In this document: one piece after another, positions 57,501 through 64,000 of the stretch
How the letters are laid out: each line of letters opens with the position of its first letter
Position numbering within the stretch: the stretch's first letter is position 1
DNA from: Octopus vulgaris
Taxonomy: Eukaryota
Assembly (NCBI GenBank): GCA_951406725.2
Contig: OX597815.1
Location: forward strand, 106,082,001-106,146,000
Direction of reading: 5' to 3'
DNA length: 64,000 bases
Position numbers and translations under genes: made by a program
The notes under the pieces: generated by a model
The model's input: the letters and a program-made list of their open reading frames with translations, nothing else
Told to the model about the DNA's origin: nothing
Database searches by the model: none

Positions 57501-60500
57501 AGGTTCATCAACCCTTAGCTCATTGCCACCTTTGTGGTACAATATGAGCAGATAGTAAGGGCAAAGGTAATATAGAGTGACATGAAGAATCAGTATGATC
57601 TTATAAATGCTAATAACCCCTCAAAACTCAGGGCCTTCAAGTATTGTGCCCCATTGTGAGTGCAGTAACAAAAGCAGTAAGATTAGCAACACAGAGCAGA
57701 AAGCTCAGTTGTTAAATATGCAGCAGTTAGAACCTGAGAAAGTAGAAAAGTAGTCGAACCAGCTACAACAACCCCAGACCCTATGTTGTTGTTTTCACAG
57801 AATCCCCAGTCCAAACTTAGGAAATAGTGGAGATCACCTTGTTTTAGTTCCAAAAAGTTGAAGAGAAAAAAACCCTTCTACCAATAGATCATCTCAATTA
57901 CTTGCATTGATGGGAAGCAGATGTAGACTGGAGACAAATGGCAGACTTACAGCAGAGAAAAAGAAAAAAAGAGAAGGCTAAGGAGTGAAATCAAAAGGTG
58001 TATAAAATATGAAACTGTTGCGCTGTTATGTTTTTTATCTAAATGGAATACATCCAGTTGCAAATCAGAAAATTTCAGTTTCAATGACTTGAAATACAGT
58101 ATATTGGAATCTACAAAAATTTAGTACTAATATACTTAGTGCAGTGAACCAAGAAATGTTCATTAATAAAAGTTACACTCTTAGCAAGAAGAATGAATCA
58201 TTAGCTAAATTATTAATTTTGGTCAGGAAAAACAAAGGACAAAATACGGAAATTCTAATAAAACTGCTACAAGGGTAAAGGAGAAGCTCCAGGAAGCAAC
58301 TAAGTATCAAACTTATGGCCCAAATTATGAAATTATAAAGAAAATTAGCAGAGATGAAACGCAGTTTGGGTTTGTGTGAGGCTAGGGTACAACTGACATC
58401 TTTCTAGTGGTGATGATAAGGAGGAATCTGTCTTCTAACCAAAAGATCAACAGTTCACATTGCTACAGCATCAATGAGTTTTGTCTTATGCAAAAACATT
58501 TAACACTTAATTATTCAATGTACATATATATTAATAAGTGGCATGATGGAATGAAGTTCACTGCTGTACACAAGCTGGAACTCTTTATGATTGATTTTTT
58601 TTTTTTTTTTTTCTTTTTTTGCTTCCCATACTAATTTTGAATTCCTCCCTGGGAGGAAACCTGGGCTAGGCTAACATTTTATCCAGGTATTGAAACAACA
58701 GAAGTGGTTAAAAATATATACTGAACACTATAGCCCCAAAATATGGAATCATCACCATTAGCTTACATGAAATCTTCAGCTACCTTTGATTTTTCAAGGA
58801 ATCTAAACCAAAACTTTATTTTTTTTTTATATATGGACTTTGAATATTGTTTTCTAAATTTCTGATAGTACATTATCATTTACTACAAATATACTTGTGG
58901 AACAATATCAGTGTATTATAAATACCATCTCAAGAACTACCACCAACACCACTGGTTTATAGCTACAGTCTGTTAAATCCATTAATAATATTTTCAAAAA
59001 TTAAAACACTAAAATTACTTTATTTTCTACCTATATTGTCTTCTACTTGGTTCTACTTAATTTACTTCTTATCTACTTTTACATCTTACCTACTTTACCC
59101 TGTACCTTCCTGAACTTCAGCCTATACTACCTTGTTCTTTCAGCAAACTCTCTATCTTCGAGATACTCTTTATACAATATGTAGGAAAAAGGTAAAACAT
59201 TGCACAGACTTTGACTGGAGACGATACCTCAAGTGTTACTTGGTATCAGACAATGGTAAGTATGCCATTGTATTTGCAATAGGGTGATATGAATGTAAGT
59301 GTTCAGAATTTAGAAAAGACGAAGAATGAGGAGAAGGCTCAGAAAGAGAGCAAAAGAAAATGAGAAATTAAACTAGAGAGAGAGAGGAAAAGAGAAAGGC
59401 TAACAACAAAATCCACACTACTATGGAGATGGAGAGTGCATGAAGAGGAGAGAGTGAGAGAGAGAGGACAAGAGTAGTTCCACACAAGATTCACCATGAT
59501 CCTCTAGTATCTCATCTGAGTCCCAGCATGCTGAGACCTGATGTCACTATTTCATCCCATATCTTCCTTTGTCTTCCACTTCCACAGCTAATCCTCACAC
59601 AACAGTTTATCACCCAAAACACATCCTTCATACTCCTTACATGTCCTCACAGTACAGTCACCATCTCCTATATACATCAGATGATGTCTTTAATGTGCAA
59701 TTCACTTACATTCTGGAGGCTAATTAACAATACATTCCCCGTAGATCATGTTTACCTCATTTCTGTCCAGTCATTGTGCATGCTTTCTCTTCAATGTTCC
59801 TGTTTCACTACCATATAGTATCATACATTTAACTACAATGCAAAATTGATGCTGTCAACATTCCACCTAAACAGTTGCAACAACGCAGCTGGAAGTGGGA
59901 AAACCTAGGGAATTCCTGAGAGTTGACATTCTGAGGGAAAATGACTGAGAATAGTGGTTAGTGAGGAGCTTGAGGAGTAAAGGACATAACATAAGTGATA
60001 ATAGTTGTAGTAGGGATGATGAAAGGAGCACAACAGAACAAGGAAAAGGAAATAGAAGTGCAATTAGGTCTTACCTGACCGGGGATGAAGTCGGATGGCC
60101 TTCAGCCAACTTGCTAACGTCTTGTCGTCTTCGTGTCTTCCTGGGGTCTGTCCCAACTCGTCGATGCCGCACGTGCGTTCTGTCTGTCACTTCCGCTTCC
60201 GCCAGTGCATGCGCCCTGCCAGACCTGCAAGCCCACTTCCGCTCCCCCCCCATTCTGTCACACTCCTTCATCATCACACCACACGCCCCCCCTGATCTAT
60301 AGATCACTGAACCGGCTTCCTCACTCGCTCCCGCACCTGAAACTGGTTTCATAATCAGCCAACCAGGGAGGAGGGTGCCGCTCCCTCTTTGGTCGCAGCG
60401 CGACCCTAGGACTTGTTTCTGGTGTGTTGCTGTCGACCTCGTCATCCTGTCGGTTGTTTTCGTCTTGCCCACTGTTGCTTGTCCCATCCTCTGGGGCATG

Positions 60501-63500
60501 GACAATCCTCCGTATGTCCAAACGTGGCGTGGCATACCATTGATCGAGATGTTATTCTTTGAATTTATGGAGGTTATTGTCCCCTTTCCCCATTGCGATG
60601 TACACCGTGCGTTTGGGGGTTTTACCCAGACTTCCTCCCCGACCTGCACGAAGGCGTGCTCTTCCTCTGCCCCGGGTCGCATTGATGTAGTACACGGATG
60701 CCTCCACTCGTACCTGAATATTGCCCTGTGTGGCACCGATTCCTCAGCCTGTCCGGATCGGGGAGACAAGTTGTACCAAAAAACTGCTTCAAGCGGCGAA
60801 ATGTGCCCTCTTTCCGCTATGGCCTTGACTGTCCGATGGTGCCTCTCCACGATCCCGTTACCGCCCGGCCTATACGCTGCTCTGAACAAGCGTCGCACGT
60901 TCCACCGATCAAGCATAACCCTCAATGCTTCCGAACGAAACGCCGCCCCGTTGTCCATCAGTAGTTCTTCCACGGGACCTCTCTCTAAAAATATCCCGTT
61001 CAGGATCTGCACGATCTCGTCAGCAATGCCCGATCTCAACTCGCTCCAAATGGCCAGCCGGCCTGGCCCACAGTCGACCATGGAGAGGTACATTCGCTGA
61101 CGGTAGTGTGTCACATCCACAGCTAGCCTTTTCCAGTTCTGCTCCACGGAAAGGCTTCCCTGTTCATGCCCACACGGAGCAAGGTCGATGGACTGACACC
61201 TGTCGCAGCTCCCGACCTGCTTCCGGACGCTTCTCCTGGTCATGTCAGCATCAATCTTTTTTGCCAGATACAGGGTCCTTTCCACACCCAGGTGATGCAT
61301 AGCGTGCAGTTTCTTCAGTTCAGAGTCATCCAACCGACACGCCGCAGCTATCCCTTTCCGAGCCTCCTCCGGTTCTTCCAACCACGCCCTTTTCACCCTG
61401 GTCAGTACGTCCGCCTTGTTTTTCTCCGAAGGCACGAAGACCACGTTCAGCTTCAGTCCGAATTCGGCGATCAATTCACCTAGAACTCCTAGACGGCGCT
61501 TCACTAACATCTCCGCAGCACCTTTCGTCCGCACTCTCCTGTCACCGGTGATCACCGATCCTACCCAGCCAAGCACAGTGGCCTCCGTCCGCATTTCAAT
61601 CGTGCGCAGCCCCCATTTCAAGGCCAAGTTCACCCCTTTCAGCAGTGCGTCTAATTCGGCGACATTGATGTGGTTGAAATCATCTGCTTTCCGAAGCCAG
61701 GCCGCGTCCTCCACCGCAGTGCCTTCGATTGCCAACACCACCCCTATCGCTATACTGCTAGCATCACACCAGACGGTCCCGCATTTCGTCCTGGGCATGT
61801 ACCAGTTCCCCCTGACCGGGTCTTCCGCTCTTGTCCTCTCTAGGATCTCCTGCATCATTGCCACCGTCCCTTCTCCCACCTTGTCGCCCCACCTCTCTCC
61901 TTCCGCTCGTCTCTTGGTGTAACTACACGCCGTGCGCAGCCATCCAGTGATCGGGTAGTGACCGACCAACTTCCCACACACCGAGAACAGCTCTCTCCTG
62001 CTGACGCTGGAACTCAGCTCTGGGATTTCATTTCCTCTCCGGAACACCAATTCACCAGATCTATCTCTTCGCAGCTTCAGCCCCAGCACGGCTCCCCCTT
62101 CAATCGACTCCGGTGGCTTAGCAATCAGTCCGAACTTCTCCAGATGTCTCACTACCTCGTCGGCTGGCACTACAGTTTCGTCCACCAAAATGTCGTCAAT
62201 GTAGGAGCTGGTGGCCTTTCTAATCTTGCCGTCTTTCCCTAGGACGGACCTAAGCACTGCCGCCACGATCTTCGGAGTGGAATTTCAGCCCGAAACCCAG
62301 CCTGGTTAGACAGTACGTCTGGCCCTTGTACCGCACCAGCTGATATCGCCATAGTTTGTCGCTCACATGGAGCTGCAAGTATGCCGATCTCAAGTCGACA
62401 ATCGTCGCTGCCTCAGTCGACTGTCTCCACTTACGTAATGCCTCACCACAAACGTCTGTCGCCTCACCTCACCAGTCGTTGTAGGTGAATCCCTACATCA
62501 TCGGGGAACCCATTCACGAACGCCAGTCGGGCTGCTCTCTCCAGTCCTTCTCCGGCAAACCCGGCCAGAGTCGCTAGCCTTCTAGCTTCCGATGCAAAAT
62601 CATCCACCTGGCCTCCCGTCCACCTGATTGCACCCAGCTTAGCGAAAGCTGTGTACTCGCATTCCGTGTATGCGTCACACAAGCGCCGCTCTATATTCTC
62701 ATCGCAGAGCCGTTCTTCTTCATCCATCTCTAGGTAAAGCGACAACGCACTCCCTTCCAAATACAGCACCATAAGACTCGCCACGTCGCTTATGCCCTGC
62801 AGTCTCGCCACCAGCCTGATTTTCTGAATCCAGGCCACTACATCGCCTTCGCCGTTAAAAGGTCTGACGACGTCACTGGCAATCCTAATTTTTGCAGACA
62901 TCGTGTTGAAAAAAAATGTGAACGCTGACGAACTGCCGAAATAGCTTGTAGTAGGGATGATGAAAGGAGCACAACAGAACAAGGAAAAGGAAATAGAAGT
63001 GCAATTAGGTCCTACCTGACCGGGGATGAAGTCGGATGGCCTTCAGCCAACTTGCTAACGTCTTGTCGTCTTCGTGTCTTCCTGGGGTCTGTCCCAACTC
63101 GTCGATGCCGCACGTGCGTTCTGTCTGTCACTTCCGCTTCTGCCGGCGCATGCGCCCTGCCAGACCTGCAAGCCCACTTCCGCTCCCCCCCATTCCGTCA
63201 CACTCCTTCATCAACACACCACAATAGTAGAAGAGACAAGTGTTTAGGTGGAGATGGCACTCGACCAACCAATTCTGAAGAGCAGAAACCATTATTGCAG
63301 TGATACAAAAACAAAGAGGAGTTAGTGTGTCTATATGCCAGTCAGTCAAATATCCTAAATTTGGATGTGATTTAGAATGTCTGTATGTATATCAGCACCA
63401 CTGCTCCAGATGCAGTACTTCATGTGAGTCTTATTTGAACTTTGTAGAGGGTTAGCAGTTGTTAGTGGTTGAGACAAAGAGAACCAACCCTTGAGATGCT

Positions 63501-63970
63501 GTAATAAGGGATGATCTAGTGTCACATAACTGAGCCTCTATGTAGTCATTCAATCTGTTAGAAATAGTTGTAACATTTCCCTCAACTTACACCACTGGAT
63601 ATACAAAAAGATAGGATGGCCATAACTGGAACATCTATGTCAAACTGCTGGACCAGGTTTACATTGGGGTAGGGGGTTAAACAACAAAATATCCATAGCA
63701 TTCAATGCCAATGAGTGCAATCTGTCGTTTACAAATAATGAAATCTTACATTGTATCTTTATATTCTTATCAGACACAGAACTGAAGCTTCATTTTGAAA
63801 TCCTTGATCATCATCTTGTCTATGGCAATGAGTTTTGTGGAAGCAACCCAAGCATTATCATGACTCCTGTTACAGAAAAATGTTTTTTATCAATATTCCT
63901 GGCCCTTCAGAATCTACAGCCAGTCTATCTCGTTGGAACACCTGATGTTGGAAAGAAGGAAACTATTAAG
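1118..63970 (+). CDS. Axonemal dynein heavy chain-like gene, partial (25 exons in window; tail DHC_N1, linker DHC_N2, start of AAA1); both ends lie outside the window
   Basis: 25 AG/GT-bounded exons join in frame without stops. Dynein motifs: ENPPMPRNSPKVAGTIQW, FQPGLSSLSWNSLNI, GPNIPDSSPEETVERL, IRNRHW, WIDVQKLWIHLEAVF, YLEKKRMQFPRFFFLS, YGNEFCG, TPVTEKC. The tail resembles outer-arm gamma-type (DNAH5/8-like) chains, but the orthologue cannot be assigned without a tree. Confidence 0.92.
1420..2200 (-). mobile_element. RTE-derived 3' fragment with (GAT)n tail and internal purine-rich expansion
   Basis: catcatc...ccatgctgtcatgagttgggtggtttgac tail shared with the copies at 4108, 6209 and 20732; GA-rich tract, then the RTE segment agcacagc...cttgtcatt. 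Confidence 0.6.
3435..3739 (+). CDS. Dynein heavy chain-like exon 2 (ENPPMPRNSPKVAGTIQW...NIDP)
   Basis: DHC_N1 motif; gagaag acceptor (alternative start 3432); AG/gtatgg donor, phase 2. Confidence 0.9.
4108..5335 (-). mobile_element. 5'-truncated, decayed RTE-clade LINE (RT C-terminus plus 3' UTR)
   Basis: Minus-strand LEVADSFHYL...ARIKIAWAKFRELL...LRVKGRLYD, homologous to the 20.7-24.1 kb copy; (GAT)n tail. Confidence 0.85.
5635..5894 (+). CDS. Dynein heavy chain-like exon 3 (LLIAIEETKSM...SWNSLNI)
   Basis: gacag acceptor, G/gtatgc donor; PGLSSLSWNSLNI ends DHC_N1. Confidence 0.9.
6209..6487 (-). mobile_element. RTE 3'-end derived short repeat
   Basis: Same (CAT)n tail and ccatgctggcatgggttgg core as other copies. 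Confidence 0.7.
6645..6799 (+). CDS. Dynein heavy chain-like exon 4 (AFLCTIRS...TLKHQ)
   Basis: polypyrimidine tract plus tcag acceptor, gtaagt donor, phases match neighbours. Confidence 0.85.
7143..7405 (-). mobile_element. SINE fragment (tRNA-derived family, head missing)
   Basis: Minus strand ttgtgttcttgagcaagatactttatttcacgttgctccagttcactcagctg, a conserved SINE central domain also seen near 25290. Confidence 0.6.
7484..8345 (-). mobile_element. Tc1-family DNA transposon fragment (3' part, IR/DR-type end)
   Basis: TA-CAGTGGGGGGAAATAAATATTTG terminus with an inner repeat near 7660; minus-strand transposase WENVLWTDESKIELFG, GGNIMVWGC, NPRENLW. Confidence 0.88.
9017..9142 (+). CDS. Dynein heavy chain-like exon 5 (HYEDIQKT...VTATR)
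   Basis: tttcag acceptor, gtaagt donor, 42 open codons. Confidence 0.8.
11424..11529 (+). CDS. Dynein heavy chain-like exon 6 (ISPKYGSK...SKKII)
   Basis: cacag acceptor, G/gtaagt donor; needed to bridge phase 0 to phase 1. Confidence 0.75.
12820..13691. mobile_element. Non-autonomous mariner derivative with fold-back structure (two 5' ends)
   Basis: TA-flanked inverted ends of about 190 bp; + strand mariner transposase remnants (ISYGSVQSIITEDLGM..SAKFVPKLL); minus strand N-terminus EQRICIKFCQKLG. Confidence 0.8.
14198..14345 (-). mobile_element. SINE 3' fragment
   Basis: Reverse complement gcatggtcgcagtcaaatgactgaaacaagtaaaagaataaaag matches the tail of the 24.7 kb SINE. Confidence 0.55.
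16238..16430 (+). CDS. Dynein heavy chain-like exon 7 (YYREKLYHAVEKIILRSL...YETYL)
   Basis: long pyrimidine tract plus cccag acceptor, gtaagt donor, phase 1 to 2. Confidence 0.8.
16492..16702 (+). mobile_element. tRNA-derived SINE
   Basis: A-box-like agctggcagaattggtagc, B-box-like gttcaaattcc, core also seen near 48040, 56620 and (reversed) 40630. Confidence 0.65.
16740..17830 (-). mobile_element. Heavily decayed non-LTR retrotransposon RT remnant (RTE-like)
   Basis: Broken minus-strand RT-like peptides (AKAAF, VFTYSCVTW, L ADSTVL); many stops. Confidence 0.5.
19227..19339 (+). CDS. Dynein heavy chain-like exon 8 (INSVLVYNIPDFALNP...DISK)
   Basis: tttcag acceptor, G/gtcagc donor, IPxxxLxP tail motif, phase 2 to 1. 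Confidence 0.8.
20258..20359 (+). CDS. Dynein heavy chain-like exon 9 (IPLIDIF...EKSLS)
   Basis: tttcag acceptor, G/gtaaga donor, phase 1 to 1. Confidence 0.78.
20732..24110 (-). mobile_element. Decayed RTE-clade LINE (APE endonuclease plus RT, 3' UTR tandem array, (GAT)n tail)
   Basis: Minus ORFs: IISAYAPQ and VAGDFSGHVG (EN); KGDALDTNNYRGIKLL, QFGFVSGKSTTDA, GVHQGSVFSP, LLYADDL (RT). Confidence 0.93.
20898..21225. repeat. About five diverged tandem units of about 66 bp in the RTE 3' UTR
   Basis: Repeating gtgctttt(t)atgtgccacc...gccagtc...ctggcaacga(c/t)cacactc. Confidence 0.8.
24691..24915 (+). mobile_element. tRNA-derived SINE, near full length
   Basis: A box TGGCCTAGTGG, B-box-like GGTTTCCATTC, body, tail ggcggtgccccagcatggcc...gctgaaac followed by an A-rich end. 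Confidence 0.8.
25940..26556 (-). mobile_element. RTE LINE endonuclease-region fragment
   Basis: Minus strand IFVAGDFNGHVG, KTLPGEECISQHRLVISDF. Confidence 0.8.
26560..26837 (+). mobile_element. RTE 3'-end derived repeat with (GAT)n tail
   Basis: ttggcgttaggaagggcatccagccgtagaaac...ccatgctagcatggaaaacggacgctaaacgatgatgat. Confidence 0.75.
26917..27209 (+). CDS. Dynein heavy chain-like exon 10 (NENIARTYVQSFNRYDFLW...HTDAY)
   Basis: ctacag acceptor, gtaaga donor, 97 open codons with YDFLW and SWKTVFA dynein-tail motifs. Confidence 0.88.
27798..27880. repeat. (TAA)n microsatellite, left flank of the Dong-like element
   Basis: Direct reading. Confidence 0.95.
28012..28917. repeat. Tandem duplication of about 455 bp (28012-28461 and 28469-28917)
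   Basis: Both units start gttaagaaa(a)tttacaaatttacatatct and end aatacagaaca(g/t)cccttc, with high identity. Confidence 0.9.
29514..33186 (+). pseudogene. Dong/R4 ORF with three lesions (frameshift near 30420-30450, TGA at 30640, TAA at 32326)
   Basis: Myb-like KWTREE...; RT NYRPITCL, DYKKAFDS, GIFQGDSLSP, HLFYMDDLK; zinc knuckle CRFC...HLISGC; RLE KPDIVV...D...K..KY. Confidence 0.92.
33381..33451. repeat. (TAA)n/(TGA) microsatellite, right flank of the Dong-like element
   Basis: Direct reading. Confidence 0.9.
33533..33708 (+). CDS. Dynein heavy chain-like exon 11 (NMLKAACIY...PIELAYHKL)
   Basis: ctcag acceptor, gtaagt donor; PIExAY motif. Confidence 0.85.
34628..34784 (+). CDS. Dynein heavy chain-like exon 12 (KYCVPLPRSE...HRENM)
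   Basis: tgaag acceptor, gtaagt donor, phase 2 to 0. Confidence 0.82.
35156..36256 (-). mobile_element. Tc1-family transposon, decayed, 5' TIR missing
   Basis: Terminus taggggttagacaaaatgatggaaacacc in a TA run; transposase ORF 35593..36225 (DLSDFQKGQVV, GRKPKLS, WKNVIFSDKSSF) and downstream PDLNIIEHLW-like remnant. Confidence 0.88.
36257..36332. repeat. Perfect 76-bp palindrome with no spacer
   Basis: 38-bp arms pair exactly around ggta|tacc. Confidence 0.95.
36577..36789 (+). CDS. Dynein heavy chain-like exon 13 (AFVVKVIQFRNSFDGEGP...QTEE)
   Basis: tttcag acceptor, gtaaaa donor, GP...P.E...RL motif. Confidence 0.88.
38234..38347 (+). CDS. Dynein heavy chain-like exon 14 (DLKMVYSLY...TLWSDVDF...)
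   Basis: tgtag acceptor, gtaagt donor; start of DHC_N2. Confidence 0.88.
39149..39280 (+). CDS. Dynein heavy chain-like exon 15 (VELFWDDY...LLHSK)
   Basis: taaag acceptor, AAG/gtaata donor, 44 codons. Confidence 0.86.
39410..40020 (-). mobile_element. Decayed RTE RT fragment
   Basis: Similar in sequence to 22650-23300 (NCYK-K-G...NYRGI-KL region). Confidence 0.55.
40118..40227 (+). CDS. Dynein heavy chain-like exon 16 (TIRNRHWLQIM...NLP)
   Basis: ttgtag acceptor, AG/gtaaca donor; conserved RHW motif; not in the ORF track in this frame. Confidence 0.88.
41064..41424 (+). CDS. Dynein heavy chain-like exon 17 (YKSTVVEIC...WIDVQKLWIHLEAVF...ANK)
   Basis: ttcag acceptor, AAG/gtaata donor; core DHC_N2 motifs. 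Confidence 0.93.
41738..42800 (-). mobile_element. RTE 3'-derived repeat with long purine-rich internal expansion
   Basis: (CAT)n tail and ggatgcccttcctaacaccaaccac core, about 800 bp GA-rich tract, then caagtcttcatgagcacagc RTE segment. Confidence 0.6.
43096..43188 (+). CDS. Dynein heavy chain-like exon 18 (ELQQQNLIF...NFLQ)
   Basis: tccag acceptor, CAG/gtaatt donor. Confidence 0.85.
43734..43930 (+). CDS. Dynein heavy chain-like exon 19 (ACCGEMQL...YLEKKRMQFPRFFFLS...)
   Basis: tttaag acceptor, gtaatt donor; YLExKRxxFPRF signature. Confidence 0.93.
46165..46285 (+). CDS. Dynein heavy chain-like exon 20 (SLFRYVHEIE...EIFTT)
   Basis: ttcag acceptor, gtaaga donor, phase 2 to 0. Confidence 0.78.
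46910..47510 (-). mobile_element. RTE 3'-end fragment with internal duplication
   Basis: (CAT)n tail; two copies of the gtgcttt...gccac...ttcacttgg...gtcattgcctcc unit. Confidence 0.7.
48165..48263 (+). CDS. Dynein heavy chain-like exon 21 (PELSQEIK...KSVDGEKLLLNKK)
   Basis: tttgaag acceptor, AAG/gtactt donor; SxxGE motif. Confidence 0.82.
48518..48584. repeat. (TG)n microsatellite
   Basis: Direct reading. Confidence 0.95.
49856..51125 (+). mobile_element. Possible non-autonomous Helitron/Helentron-like element with internal duplication
   Basis: Starts ACTAGCAGAGATAACCTGGCATTGCTTG (ACTAG plus subterminal hairpin-like motif); blocks 50189-50420 and 50641-50832 are duplicated; ends in TG/TATG microsatellite. 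Confidence 0.35.
51140..54180 (+). mobile_element. RTE-clade LINE, decayed and 3'-truncated (5' UTR, APE endonuclease, partial RT)
   Basis: CWNVR, GVGFAIK, LISAYAPT, GDFNAR, WHLIDYIL, NYRGICLL, PESQYGFR, FIDLTKAFD, NGVKQG. Confidence 0.9.
54268..54402 (+). CDS. Dynein heavy chain-like exon 22 (VPVCHSVEWWLNEL...FIAK)
   Basis: tatag acceptor, AAG/gtaaat donor; VExWL motif. Confidence 0.88.
55643..55867 (+). CDS. Dynein heavy chain-like exon 23 (YPTQICQLGVLYLW...EKIVT)
   Basis: tacag acceptor, gtaagt donor; PxQ...W motif. Confidence 0.88.
56165..56575 (+). mobile_element. RTE 3'-end fragment with four 25-bp tandem units
   Basis: ggagagacccaggaatacatggg end of RT; repeated ccatgtaaaagcact; gatgatg tail. 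Confidence 0.65.
59144..59255 (+). CDS. Dynein heavy chain-like exon 24 (QTLYLRDT...DFDWRRYLKCY...)
   Basis: ttcag acceptor, G/gtaagt donor; RD...FxW motif preceding AAA1. Confidence 0.88.
60006..60283 (-). repeat. 3' LTR (278 bp)
   Basis: About 6 substitutions and 1 indel against the 5' LTR; preceded on the minus strand by a polypurine tract. Confidence 0.95.
60284..60294 (-). other. Polypurine tract
   Basis: Minus strand CAGGGGGGGCG immediately before the TG of the 3' LTR. Confidence 0.85.
60321..62460 (-). pseudogene. Gypsy pol remnant: RT (N-terminus deleted), RNase H, integrase
   Basis: IVDLRSAYLQ...LTRLGFGL, frameshift near 62283, SYIDDI; RNase H WCDAS...HINVAEL; integrase HHCC (HAMHH...CDRC), DVTH/MDNG/GIVE; second frameshift near 60521. 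Confidence 0.92.
62464..62901 (-). pseudogene. Gypsy gag N-terminal part, truncated by the internal deletion
   Basis: MSAKIRIASDVVRPFNGEGDVVAW...YLEGSAL...AFVNGFP; joined directly to RT without zinc knuckle or protease. Confidence 0.85.
62935..62946 (-). other. Non-canonical primer-binding site complementary to nt 1-12 of tRNA-Phe(GAA)
   Basis: Minus strand AGCTATTTCGGC directly follows the CA of the 5' LTR; + strand GCCGAAATAGCT equals the 5' end of metazoan tRNA-Phe. Confidence 0.75.
62947..63223 (-). repeat. 5' LTR (277 bp)
   Basis: TG...CA termini; near-identical to 60006-60283. Confidence 0.95.
63774..63970 (+). CDS. Dynein heavy chain-like exon 25, start of AAA1 (YGNEFCG...TPVTEKC...GTPDVGKKETIK)
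   Basis: tatcag acceptor, AAG/gtgatt donor; aligns to the YGxEYLG...TPLTDRC...GPAGTGKTETxK consensus. Confidence 0.9.
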
Positions 63971-64000
63971 GTGATTCTTCACATGATTTCAAGTGTAATT

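Larger units (their letters stand above)
60006..63223 (-). mobile_element. Ty3/Gypsy LTR retrotransposon, internally deleted, with ATAGT target-site duplication
   Basis: TG...CA LTRs at 60006-60283 and 62947-63223; ATAGT at 60001-60005 and 63224-63228; gag then RT, RNase H and integrase on the minus strand. Confidence 0.96.

Noticed and set aside
56950-58420. Very old LINE remnant (QFGF-like motif near 58360)
   Set aside because: Too decayed to give boundaries or a family; only isolated motifs remain.
60375-62242. Long + strand ORFs (241, 168, 125 aa)
   Set aside because: Antisense shadows of the GC-rich Gypsy pol frame; no recognisable motifs.
62935-62946. Tf1-type self-priming PBS
   Set aside because: No complement of AGCTATTTCGGC is visible within either LTR, whereas tRNA-Phe nt 1-12 match exactly.
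63953-63958. RNA editing restoring the Walker A Thr
   Set aside because: A-to-I editing of AAG gives Glu, Arg or Gly codons, never Thr or Ser.
1118-63970. Dynein gene as a pseudogene
   Set aside because: All 25 exons are open, phase-compatible and GT-AG bounded; the divergence is in amino acids, not frame disruptions.

Overview
This is AT-rich, repeat-dense eukaryotic genomic DNA. Its SINE and RTE repeats with (GAT)n tails resemble those of coleoid cephalopods, probably Octopus (inference). The whole window lies inside one + strand gene. I traced 25 GT-AG exons (1118..63970; 4216 nt, about 1405 codons, phases compatible at every junction, no stops). They encode the tail (DHC_N1), the linker (DHC_N2) and the start of AAA1 of an axonemal dynein heavy chain-like protein. 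Its AAA1 Walker A motif is degenerate (GTPDVGKKE instead of GPAGTGKTE). The introns contain a near-intact R4/Dong-clade retrotransposon between (TAA)n tracts, several decayed RTE LINEs and their 3' derivatives, tRNA-derived SINEs, two Tc1 fragments and a fold-back mariner. They also hold a young, GC-rich, internally deleted Gypsy LTR element with a 5-bp TSD. The most striking signal is the primer-binding site of this Gypsy element. It is not complementary to a tRNA 3' CCA end but exactly matches the first 12 nt of tRNA-Phe(GAA), which suggests a non-canonical reverse-transcription priming mechanism.
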